IMG/VR virus record: IMGVR_UViG_3300030379_000259
Source of the DNA: a virus
Reading direction: 5' to 3' (one strand)
Length of the DNA: 64,000 bases
Shown: one piece after another, positions 56,010 to 64,000 of the stretch
How the letters are laid out: every line of letters starts with the position of its first letter
Numbering within the stretch: the first letter of the stretch is position 1
Program-made: the position numbers and the translations under genes
The notes under the pieces: generated by a model
Database searches by the model: none
The model's input: the letters and a program-made list of their open reading frames with translations, nothing else
Told to the model about the DNA's origin: nothing

Positions 56010-57400
56010 TACATGGTCCCCTCCTTTGTCTTAGTCGGATCAATATATGCCGCCAATTTTGTAGTTGTTGCACCGTTGGACAGAAAACGTTCATAAAGGC
56101 TTTTGCTCATGTTGTGAACCTTTTCAAAATGACCACGCACTTCAGCAATGTTACCATCTTTGTCCTCGATGTTATCTTCCACGACGAATTTATAGAGCAT
56201 GTTGCCCTCAACGGATTCTGTTTCCGGGTTAAAACGCACGCCTTCCAGAATTTCAATAATTCTACGAGATCCGTCCGGAAAACGCTTCTGGTGTACGATA
56301 ATCGGAAAAGCATCAATCATTTGGCGCATCAAGAAACTAAACTCCATAGGATATTTCTTGTAAGACAATTCCATCAAACGCTTGTAAGTATCGATAGCAT
56401 TGGAAGCATGCGTTGTCGTATATGTTGCAGTACCGGTACGCGCCGCCTCTGCCACGGTATAGGCTTCGGCAGAACGCATCTCGCCGATACCCATGATGTC
56501 TGGGTTTTCACGCAAGCAGTGTTCCAACAAATCCTCTTGGTCAATGACCAAATCCGGGTTATCGGAGTCTCTTGTCAATTTTGACAACACATTGTTGATA
56601 ATATTCCCTTGCGAATCACGCTTCAGAAGTGCAAACTCACGGGAACCTTCTTCAATGGTAATTACACGGTCCGTATATTTTGCCTGTTCCAGCATAGCTG
56701 CCAACGTTGTCGTCTTTCCTGCGCCTACAGAACCGGAGATGCAACAGGATACGTGGTCTTTCACACAAAGACGAAGAAATTGCAACATTTCGTGTGTGGC
56801 TGTTCCAAACTGTTCAATAGTGTCCAGCGTGACATCTTCCGTCTTAACGATACGAATGGATGCAGATACAGCTGCGTCCTTTGACACAACCGGTGCAATA
56901 TTTGCACAGATACGCACACCCTCGGACAGATACGACAACACAGAGGGCCGCATATCATCGATTGTAATATGCTGTGTCTGCAGCAAACGTTTTACAATAT
57001 CTACAGCCTGTTGAGGAGAAGCAAATCTTTCCGGGATTTTCTCCGGTTTGCCGCCGGAACGCGTAATTGTAACATCGTCCCAACGGTTAATATTGACCTC
57101 CTCAACGCCGGGGGTTTCATAAATGTATTTATGTAGAAACGAAGAACCAGCCATATCGTTATAGATGCGCTCGGTAAGTGTCATCGGGTCGATGCCTTCA
57201 ACTCCGATATTCTCATCTACCAAAACCTTTTGAATGGCCGTCAGCAACTGCCCCTTTGCATCATCTGCGTCCTTGTTCGCAATTAGTTCAGAATATCCGC
57301 TTTTTACTTTTGACTGTACAACACCCAGAATATTGTCATAAGAATCCTTTGCTTTGACTTCATTCGCTTCTAAAAACTGTTCTCTTGCTTTTTCTGACAT
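56009..57400 (-). CDS. tadA: TadA/CpaF-family secretion ATPase
   Basis: Walker A GSVGAGKTT, Asp box, His box; T2SS-E/VirB11-like architecture. Confidence 0.8.
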   Translation of the reverse strand: MSEKAREQFLEANEVKAKDSYDNILGVVQSKVKSGYSELIANKDADDAKGQLLTAIQKVLVDENIGVEGIDPMTLTERIYNDMAGSSFLHKYIYETPGVEEVNINRWDDVTITRSGGKPEKIPERFASPQQAVDIVKRLLQTQHITIDDMRPSVLSYLSEGVRICANIAPVVSKDAAVSASIRIVKTEDVTLDTIEQFGTATHEMLQFLRLCVKDHVSCCISGSVGAGKTTTLAAMLEQAKYTDRVITIEEGSREFALLKRDSQGNIINNVLSKLTRDSDNPDLVIDQEDLLEHCLRENPDIMGIGEMRSAEAYTVAEAARTGTATYTTTHASNAIDTYKRLMELSYKKYPMEFSFLMRQMIDAFPIIVHQKRFPDGSRRIIEILEGVRFNPETESVEGNMLYKFVVEDNIEDKDGNIAEVRGHFEKVHNMSKSLYERFLSNGATTTKLAAYIDPTKTKEGTM

Positions 57401-58212
57401 TACTCATTCTCTCCTTTCTTGCGTTTTTGCGACTTATCAGATTTGACTGCTTGTTCGTCCACCACACTCTTTTCTACCTTACCACCGACAGAGGCTAAGA
57501 TCTTTTTGACGGCATTTTTATATCTACGTGGCGCGTGTTGATAAGCACCGAAAATATCACCTTCGCAGTTTTTAACAGCAATTTCGTTGCTATAAGGCAA
57601 CTCAAAGGCTTTAATTTTAAGAGCCTCTTTAATATTTGGCGTTGCGCTGAAAGATCTGCAAGGTGTCAAGAAGTAATTGGTATTATCAACCATGAACTTC
57701 TTTTTGCCCTCATACATTAAACGAGCCGTCTTCAGATAAACAACACCCATAGGATCCGGTGTCAAAAACACATTCAGGCAGTTTGCCATTTCAATAGACG
57801 CCACAGTTGTATCTGCCAACAAATCACAACTGCAATCTACAATGACATAATCTACAAGCTGTTCTGCAGCTTTCAGCATATCAATTACCTGCTTGTATTC
57901 GATATCTTTATAGAGCAAAGGCGTGTCGCCAATGCAAAATGCTAAAGTTCCGATATTCGGATGATGTTCCATCGTTACGATACTCTTTGTTAACGTTTTT
58001 TCATCGATCCGATCGTTCTCGAAGAGTGTACCAATGGAATACATCTTGCTGATTTCTCTTTTTGGCTCCCAAATAGCATGCATTGGTACATTGGCGTCGA
58101 AATTGATAAGCAGAATTGTCGAACGGGAATTTCCACGCTGAATGCCAGAAGCCAAAGAAGCGCTGAAAGTAGACTTGCCTGCGCCACTGCAACCAATATT
58201 CGCAATAATCAA
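57400..58212 (-). CDS. TadZ/CpaE-like P-loop ATPase (ParA/MinD superfamily, degenerate)
   Basis: IANIGCSGAGKSTFSASLA P-loop; DCSCDL Walker B-like; position between CpaB and TadA. Confidence 0.45.
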   Translation of the reverse strand: MIIANIGCSGAGKSTFSASLASGIQRGNSRSTILLINFDANVPMHAIWEPKREISKMYSIGTLFENDRIDEKTLTKSIVTMEHHPNIGTLAFCIGDTPLLYKDIEYKQVIDMLKAAEQLVDYVIVDCSCDLLADTTVASIEMANCLNVFLTPDPMGVVYLKTARLMYEGKKKFMVDNTNYFLTPCRSFSATPNIKEALKIKAFELPYSNEIAVKNCEGDIFGAYQHAPRRYKNAVKKILASVGGKVEKSVVDEQAVKSDKSQKRKKGENE

Positions 58213-58224
58213 GTGATCCCCTCC

Positions 58225-58950
58225 TTATTTCAACAGTTTTACTTGTTCTTTAAGAAGCTGATCGGCCACTTTATCATTACCACGAGAAATCAAAGTCACA
58301 TAAGCACCATCGGATTTCTGAATACGAATAATGTCATTCACTTGCTTGGTGTAAACAATAACGGTAATCGTTGAATAAGTCTTAGAGCTATCATCTGAAC
58401 TGCTACTGGAGTCTTTACCGTTGTTGCCGTTGCCCTTTACATCGTTATAAGAAGAAGACGTGATATTTGCTACACGTACATATTTCAACGTATCCGGAGA
58501 ATTCACCTTGTCCGCACGCTTGTCATAGCTGTAAATGCGGATAATATCTCCAACCTGCAATTTGTTGGACAGAGAGTCCGCACCGCCTGAAACGCTGAAA
58601 GAAATAGCCTGCTGACCGCTTGGAATGGACAAAAACTGGTTATCTGTAGAAATGGCAGTTTTTGAGATCTTGCCAGCAGTAATAATATCGTCAGATACCA
58701 AATCAACAGTCGCATAGCAGCCGACAATCGCCTTCGGATTTGTTACATAATTGTCCTTTTTGTCAGCAATTTGAATTTTCTCCGCCGTAATCATGTCCTG
58801 CGTAATCTGCGCACCGGCGTTTACCGTCGTGTTTGTTGCATAAACAGTTGTAGTTTGCTTCGTCTGCAAAAAGTTAATGGTTAGCAGTCCACCAGCAATG
58901 ACAACACCAACGATTAGTGCAATGATTCCAATAAGTCTTCTTTTTTTCAA
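58225..58950 (-). CDS. cpaB: CpaB/RcpC-like Flp pilus assembly protein
   Basis: TTG start after AGGGG; N-terminal TM RLIGIIALIVGVVIAGGLL; beta-rich periplasmic-type domain. Confidence 0.55.
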   Translation of the reverse strand: MKKRRLIGIIALIVGVVIAGGLLTINFLQTKQTTTVYATNTTVNAGAQITQDMITAEKIQIADKKDNYVTNPKAIVGCYATVDLVSDDIITAGKISKTAISTDNQFLSIPSGQQAISFSVSGGADSLSNKLQVGDIIRIYSYDKRADKVNSPDTLKYVRVANITSSSYNDVKGNGNNGKDSSSSSDDSSKTYSTITVIVYTKQVNDIIRIQKSDGAYVTLISRGNDKVADQLLKEQVKLLK

Positions 58951-58969
58951 AATTTACCCCTTTCTGCAC

Positions 58970-59006
58970 AAAAAAAGACGAAGGAAATCAGAAATCTCCT
59001 TCGTCA
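58970..59006 (-). terminator. leader hairpin + U7 between promoter and RBS of the Tad core operon (attenuator-like)
   Basis: GACGAAGGA-GAUUUCUGAUU-UCCUUCGUC (9 bp perfect) then UUUUUUU then GAAAGGGG and TTG. Confidence 0.5.
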
Positions 59007-59043
59007 AATTTAGTGCAAGCATATAGTTAAAAAATGTTCTTAA

Positions 59044-59056
59044 AAATTATAACACA
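59044..59056 (-). promoter_or_regulatory. extended -10 promoter (RC TGTGTTATAATTT)
   Basis: About 95 nt upstream of the cpaB start. Confidence 0.45.
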
Positions 59057-59075
59057 ATCGACCAGAATTCAAAAA

Positions 59076-59495
59076 TCACGCCGCCAAATTTTTGTTTTTT
59101 CTGGGACGGCCTGCTTTTGATGATGTCATAATTTTAGCACTTCCGATAATGTCCTTTTCCGCAAACGCCCGATTAAAGCTGCGCGAAGATTTGAGCTCAA
59201 AGGTTTTCTGGATTTCTTTTTGGTCCTCGTAAACCACATCAGACACAAAAGCACCGTCTAAGTCCACGATCCGACAAGGCAGTTTCCCAAACTTCTCAAC
59301 CATATCGTAATAGTTGCGCAAACGCTTAAATCCGCGTGATGTAGTTAAATAGTCATATCGATGTATAAAGACAGGCATATTATTTCTAATATTGGCAACC
59401 CCCTCAAAAAGCAACGTTTTTACACCACTCTTCGGGTGTTCATAAATCAAAAAGCAATATACGCTGTCTTGTCCTACTTGTTCTCTAATTTGCAT
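59076..59495 (-). CDS. hypothetical protein with C-terminal AT-hook-like GRPRK
   Basis: ORF, 139 aa. Confidence 0.45.
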   Translation of the reverse strand: MQIREQVGQDSVYCFLIYEHPKSGVKTLLFEGVANIRNNMPVFIHRYDYLTTSRGFKRLRNYYDMVEKFGKLPCRIVDLDGAFVSDVVYEDQKEIQKTFELKSSRSFNRAFAEKDIIGSAKIMTSSKAGRPRKNKNLAA

Positions 59496-59521
59496 CTAAC
59501 CCCTCCAGTGCAAAATGAACT

Positions 59522-60430
59522 CTAAACTTGATTATGGCAGGCAGAATGTCCAAAATCGGATCGATAATGCTTGCCATCCAACGAGAGAAAGTCATCCATC
59601 AGAAACCGCACATTATCTATTTTCTTATCGATGTGCCAATGTCCACAATACCACGGAATGTTCGGCTTAATATTTTTCAACTCTTGAAGAGCCTGCTCTG
59701 TGGAATCGTCAACAAGTGCCTGATTGATTCCGCCAAGAAATGCCTCTATAGGAACATAATCCGCAGGACAGGTGTGAGACAAGATACAATCAACCGACGA
59801 ATTTGCATTAGCGCTAGACAGCAACTGCGCAGCAGCGCTCAAGTCGTGGCCGGTTGGCTGTTCGTCACTCCACCAGTGAATCTCGTCCTGCAAGCGGTTA
59901 CAAATGGCATCAAAATAATCCTTCTTGCCTGGCTTTGAAGGATTGGTCTTTATAAAACTCGCAACTTTCGGAGCCAAATGAAACGCTTCGTCCACCGTAC
60001 AAAATGGCTGATCTTGACCGTTGCTAACTACAAAAGACAGATAACGATACAATCTGGCATACTTATCCACAGAATAAGCACCGCCCATTACCAAACAGCG
60101 TGTTCCCTGCAAATTATATACTGCACCATCAAGTCCAAAGTACAAATTCTTGTATTCAGGCTCCTGATAAGTCATTGCACCTGCAAATGACACAAGATGA
60201 TAAGTGTTGATGTGTCGAGGCCGCATCTCATGATTCCCGTGAATACAAAACACCGGCACACCAAGGCTGTCAACTAACTCCTTTGAAACGATATCTCTCA
60301 CATCGCCAAAAAAATTAAATCCTGCGTCGCCAAGAATAACGATTAAGTCATCCTTAGTTACACCGATTCGTTCGACGAAATCTACAATCTTATGAAAATC
60401 CCCGTGGGTATCCCCCGTTAAATATACCAT
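59522..60430 (-). CDS. calcineurin-like metallophosphoesterase
   Basis: Start MVYLTGDTHGD after AGGAGG; motifs GDTHG, ILGDAGFN, GNHE; start overlaps the sigma stop (TAATG). Confidence 0.7.
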   Translation of the reverse strand: MVYLTGDTHGDFHKIVDFVERIGVTKDDLIVILGDAGFNFFGDVRDIVSKELVDSLGVPVFCIHGNHEMRPRHINTYHLVSFAGAMTYQEPEYKNLYFGLDGAVYNLQGTRCLVMGGAYSVDKYARLYRYLSFVVSNGQDQPFCTVDEAFHLAPKVASFIKTNPSKPGKKDYFDAICNRLQDEIHWWSDEQPTGHDLSAAAQLLSSANANSSVDCILSHTCPADYVPIEAFLGGINQALVDDSTEQALQELKNIKPNIPWYCGHWHIDKKIDNVRFLMDDFLSLDGKHYRSDFGHSACHNQV

Positions 60431-61359
60431 TATTTTTCCTCCTGGATATAATTGCGCAAAGCATTGCAAGCATCAGACTCGGACAGCTTCTGAAATGCAG
60501 AATACTCAATCTGTCGAATGCGTTCCTTCGTTACATCATATTCTGCACCAACTTCGTCCAATGTCTTTGGAACACGGTCTTCGTTATCAAGACCAAAGCG
60601 CATCATAATAACATTGAGTTCCCGTTCATTCAGTGTTTCTTTTAAAATCTTCATCAGATCGTCATGAAGCACTGAATTCACAGCTGTATCGATTGGGTTA
60701 ACGGAGTCGTCAGGAATAAAATCCTGGATCGTGGCACCATCATCCTCGTCGTTTATTGGTTGCTCTAACGGAATGATTTCCTTATATGTCTTGAATACGT
60801 TTTGAATCGTGCGAACAGGCAAATCCAAATACTCTGCGATTTCTTCAATCGTCGGCTCCCGCCAAAATTTGAAATATAACTTATTTTTAGCCTTTCGCAC
60901 CTTATTTACGGTCTCAACCATATGGACAGGTACACGAATCAGTTTAGCATAATTTGCAACTGCTCTCGAAATTCCCTGTTTAATCCAGTAAGTAGCGTAA
61001 GTTGAGAATTTATTTCCAAGCCGATAATCAAATTTATTTGTAGCCTTAATAAGGCCAATGGTGCCTTCCTGAATCAAATCAATAAGAGGCAATCCACAGC
61101 CCATGTACTTCTTGGCAGCACTAACCACCATTCGCAGATTACACTCGACCAGTCGGTTTTTAGCCTGCTGATCGCCTCGTAATGCACGAATGGTACACTC
61201 AATCTCTTCTTCTGGCCCACACACGGGGACCTGACCGATCGTTGTTAAATAATAGCGGGTAGAATCCTCCATGTCAGAAACATAGTTCTCTTCCATTCCG
61301 GCGCTCGTTACATTATCCACATCTTTGTATTCCTGCGCATTGTCAAACTGAAGAATCAA
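60430..61359 (-). CDS. RNA polymerase sigma factor, sigma-70 family (regions 2, 3, 4)
   Basis: Region 2 RLVECNLRMVVSAAKKY...YATYWIKQGISRA; region 4 TLDEVGAEYDVTKERIRQIEYSAFQKL; TTG start after GAGGTGG. Confidence 0.75.
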   Translation of the reverse strand: MILQFDNAQEYKDVDNVTSAGMEENYVSDMEDSTRYYLTTIGQVPVCGPEEEIECTIRALRGDQQAKNRLVECNLRMVVSAAKKYMGCGLPLIDLIQEGTIGLIKATNKFDYRLGNKFSTYATYWIKQGISRAVANYAKLIRVPVHMVETVNKVRKAKNKLYFKFWREPTIEEIAEYLDLPVRTIQNVFKTYKEIIPLEQPINDEDDGATIQDFIPDDSVNPIDTAVNSVLHDDLMKILKETLNERELNVIMMRFGLDNEDRVPKTLDEVGAEYDVTKERIRQIEYSAFQKLSESDACNALRNYIQEEK

Positions 61360-61409
61360 GCTACCACCTCACTTAAGCAAAAAAAATCTAACAGCCATAG
61401 CGGCTTTCT

Positions 61410-61425
61410 ATCTATTAATACCGCA
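61410..61425 (-). promoter_or_regulatory. conserved promoter-like motif copy 5 (RC TGCGGTATTAATAGAT) upstream of the sigma gene
   Basis: Follows the terminator at 61441-61473. Confidence 0.4.
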
Positions 61426-61440
61426 ATTTCTGAAAAACAA

Positions 61441-61473
61441 AAAAGGTCGCAAAAAAATGCGACCTTTTTTTGA
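61441..61473 (-). terminator. rho-independent terminator after the surface protein gene
   Basis: GGUCGCA-UUUUUUU-UGCGACC flanked by U/A runs. Confidence 0.6.
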
Positions 61474-61474
61474 G

Positions 61475-64000
61475 TTATTTTGTTTTGACTGACTTCCAGC
61501 CTGACCAAGAACTATAAATTTTCGTTTTACCTATCGTCTTGTATGTGCGCACACGAACATAGTACACTTTTTTCTTTGAAAGCTTAGAAATCGTTTTGGA
61601 AGTCGTCTTTGTATTGGATACAGTCAAAGTCTTAGCCTTCTTAAAGCTCTTGTTGGTGCTGTACTGCAACTGATACCCATTTGTTTTGGATGTTTGCTTA
61701 TTCCAATAAACAGCAAAAGCCTTTGACTTAGCTTTCAGCTTCTTAAGACTTGTACCTTTCGGTTTCGTATAAGCAGACGCGGTGCCAGAATATACACCAT
61801 AATAATTCTTTCCACCCACGCCCTTGTAAGCGCGAACTTTGAAAGAATACTGAGATCCATAGCCAAGACGAGATACTGTATAAGTGTTTTGTGTTCCCTT
61901 TACAGTTGCCACAATTTTATTTGTCTTCGCATTCAAAATCTGATAACCGGACATAGTTGTATCTTTCGTCCAACTAACACGAATCGAATTACCCCTCACA
62001 GAAGCGATTCGCACCCCTTTGGGAGCTTTTGGCAAAATGTTGAATGATGCCTGGGCTGTACCGGAGAATACACCCTGGCCATAAATTGTAACCTTACCCT
62101 GGCCGACACTTACATTGGAATAATAACTTAACCTGTAATCCACGCCTTGTGTCAATCGTCTACCGTGGTACATTAGCTGAACTACTGGCGTTAAGGCTTT
62201 GCCAGTGCAAGTTACACTTGGAATGTTTTTAACAACTGCGTTAGAAATAGAGTCTTTAATAGTAAACTCAACATCAAATGTACCGCTATAATTGCCAGCG
62301 CCATTTACGGTTGCAATTCCGGTACCGGCAGCTGTGTTATTGCGACAAACGATATTGTAATCCGTTCCCTCTTTAAGAGTGAACTTACCATATTTAACGG
62401 TTAACCTCGGGGTAACAGATTCACTCGTACCCAAAGTATAGGTACCAAGTACCGTTGCAGAAACATCTGCACTCGGCTTACCGGACCCCAGATCCTTTTG
62501 TACAATGTTGTAATAAAGATCAAGCTTTGACCCGGCAAAATCCCCTCTGCCTGTAATGGTCAATTTTGCGATGCCTACATTTGTTTGATTGCTGTAAGAC
62601 AATGTATAATCTTCATTTTTATATAAAGTCAAGCCATTTGCCTTAATAGTAGGCGACGGTTCAATTCGAGATCCGGTATAAACATACTCATTCTCGAGTC
62701 CGACAACAGAGGCATATGCAATATTGCGATTTACAGTGACTTTAAGAACCGTGGACTTGCTTCCACTCTTGGATTTAAGCGTAATATTCGCTGTGCCTGC
62801 TGTACCAGAAGAAGTCAAACGGAAAGACTGCACGCCGGTTTTCACAACAGTGCAAATCGTATCATTATCAGACTCACAAGTAAATGCGTCGTCTGTGTAA
62901 GCTGTAGCAGGACTCATTGAAACCTGCAAGTCCTCGCTTGTATTTGCTGACATTACAAGAGAGGTAGTAGAGTATTTTGTGTCCGGGTTAATAGCCACCA
63001 ATTTTGTAGCTTTCCCGCTCACTCTGACAGCAACACTTTGATACACGCTGTCAGACGTAATACCAGACCCTCCAAGCACAGCATAACAATGAATAGCTAT
63101 CGTGTCCGAAATTTTCGGAGTCAATGTGTAAGAGCCATCTGGATTTTTGGAGATCTTACTGAAGATATCTGTTGCCGTCTCTAAATCATATAGTCTACCA
63201 TCACTTAAAGACACACGCCAAACTAACTCATCATTTGACACCGCACCAAATGAGGATGTTGCCACTGCCGAAATATCGAAAGGAGTTCCACTAAATACGA
63301 AATAAGAGTCATCTTTTTGCAATTCCGCCGTCTTACCGACTTTAATGTCAATTTTAGAGGCCCGAATCGCAGGCACTACTTGGATATATGTCGTAAAGGT
63401 TTTGCCAAACCGTGATGTCGCCGTAACGCCAACCAGAACGGCATCGGAATTACCAAAATCATAATTCGGATTGGCCGTAACATAGCCATTTTGTGTAACC
63501 GTCAATGCCTTCGGATTCATAGAAGCCCAGCTTATGGTCTCGTCGTGTTGTGCCGGTTTTACAACCGCAGTCAACTGCTCACTGTGTCCAGCCGGTAATG
63601 TAGCTGTCTTCTTTTGAATGCCTGTGATTGCATTCACACCAACAAAGACATGCACATCCAGACTAGCCACAACAGAGGTGTTTCGTGAACTTACAGCATA
63701 AATACGTGTGTCCCCCTTACCAACTGCTGTAATCAGTCCGGTCGTTCTATCAACAGTAGCAACCTTTTCGTTATCGGTCAGATAAATAATCGAATCCGTG
63801 TAGCCCTCCGGACGCACTACAATACTTTGCGACAAATCATAAGTAGCCGAATTCACATTTAGATATAAATCCAAATCTTGCAGTTCTTCAGCTGTAATAT
63901 TGCCGTCCGTATCCACCTTTCGCAATTCAATATTTGTTGCAGGATTAGACTCCGTGACGTTAATGAACACAGCGGCCTTTAAGTCTCTGCTTAATATGTT
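61475..64000 (-). CDS. cell-surface protein with Big_2-like, Ig-like and FN3-like modules (5'-partial, continues past window end)
   Basis: ORF open to the window edge; Big_2-like VATVDRTTGLITAVGKGDTRIYAVS; Ig-like YTGSRIEPSPTIKANGLTLYKNEDYTLSYSNQTNVGIAKLTITGRGDF; two FN3-like units ending KKVYYVRVRTYKTIGK..SSWSGWKSVKTK. Confidence 0.65.
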   Translation of the reverse strand, partial: NILSRDLKAAVFINVTESNPATNIELRKVDTDGNITAEELQDLDLYLNVNSATYDLSQSIVVRPEGYTDSIIYLTDNEKVATVDRTTGLITAVGKGDTRIYAVSSRNTSVVASLDVHVFVGVNAITGIQKKTATLPAGHSEQLTAVVKPAQHDETISWASMNPKALTVTQNGYVTANPNYDFGNSDAVLVGVTATSRFGKTFTTYIQVVPAIRASKIDIKVGKTAELQKDDSYFVFSGTPFDISAVATSSFGAVSNDELVWRVSLSDGRLYDLETATDIFSKISKNPDGSYTLTPKISDTIAIHCYAVLGGSGITSDSVYQSVAVRVSGKATKLVAINPDTKYSTTSLVMSANTSEDLQVSMSPATAYTDDAFTCESDNDTICTVVKTGVQSFRLTSSGTAGTANITLKSKSGSKSTVLKVTVNRNIAYASVVGLENEYVYTGSRIEPSPTIKANGLTLYKNEDYTLSYSNQTNVGIAKLTITGRGDFAGSKLDLYYNIVQKDLGSGKPSADVSATVLGTYTLGTSESVTPRLTVKYGKFTLKEGTDYNIVCRNNTAAGTGIATVNGAGNYSGTFDVEFTIKDSISNAVVKNIPSVTCTGKALTPVVQLMYHGRRLTQGVDYRLSYYSNVSVGQGKVTIYGQGVFSGTAQASFNILPKAPKGVRIASVRGNSIRVSWTKDTTMSGYQILNAKTNKIVATVKGTQNTYTVSRLGYGSQYSFKVRAYKGVGGKNYYGVYSGTASAYTKPKGTSLKKLKAKSKAFAVYWNKQTSKTNGYQLQYSTNKSFKKAKTLTVSNTKTTSKTISKLSKKKVYYVRVRTYKTIGKTKIYSSWSGWKSVKTK

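Noticed and set aside
56493-57014. 173-aa plus-strand ORF and other plus-strand ORFs (56000-56584, 56609-56884)
   Set aside because: Antisense to the well-supported tadA gene.

Overview
This window looks like accessory or mobile DNA from a low-GC Firmicutes (Clostridia-type) genome, judged from AGGAGG-type RBSs and gene content alone. Every convincing gene except one small zinc-ribbon ORF is on the minus strand. Content from low to high coordinate: (1) a phage/plasmid-like replication and recombination module: CobT-like VWA protein, CobS-like AAA ATPase, SSB, primase-like Toprim protein, an ECF sigma/anti-sigma pair, RecD2-like helicase and a type IA topoisomerase. (2) 28 tRNA genes in three blocks covering all 20 amino acids, interspersed with a YkuK-like protein and an HNH endonuclease. 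(3) An envelope/secretion block: signal peptidase I, SPFH/NfeD pair, thermonuclease, prepilin peptidase, two TadE-like pseudopilins, a divergent sigma factor and a YidC-like insertase. (4) A 3358-aa secreted giant repeat protein. (5) A caspase-like peptidase plus TIR-like (DUF1863-type) two-gene cassette, a candidate defence system. (6) An ORF-less class IIC group II intron-like element (domain V readable). (7) A Tad/Flp pilus core (CpaB, TadZ-like, TadA, TadB, TadC, two Flp pilins) preceded by another sigma factor and a metallophosphoesterase. Three paralogous Ig-like/FN3 surface proteins are scattered through the window. The intergenic regions carry repeated regulatory architecture: extended -10 promoters, a second conserved promoter-like motif in five copies, and hairpin plus U-tract terminators inside 5' leaders. 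No rRNA or CRISPR array was seen. All functional calls come from reading translated motifs by eye, with no database search, so they should be treated as hypotheses.
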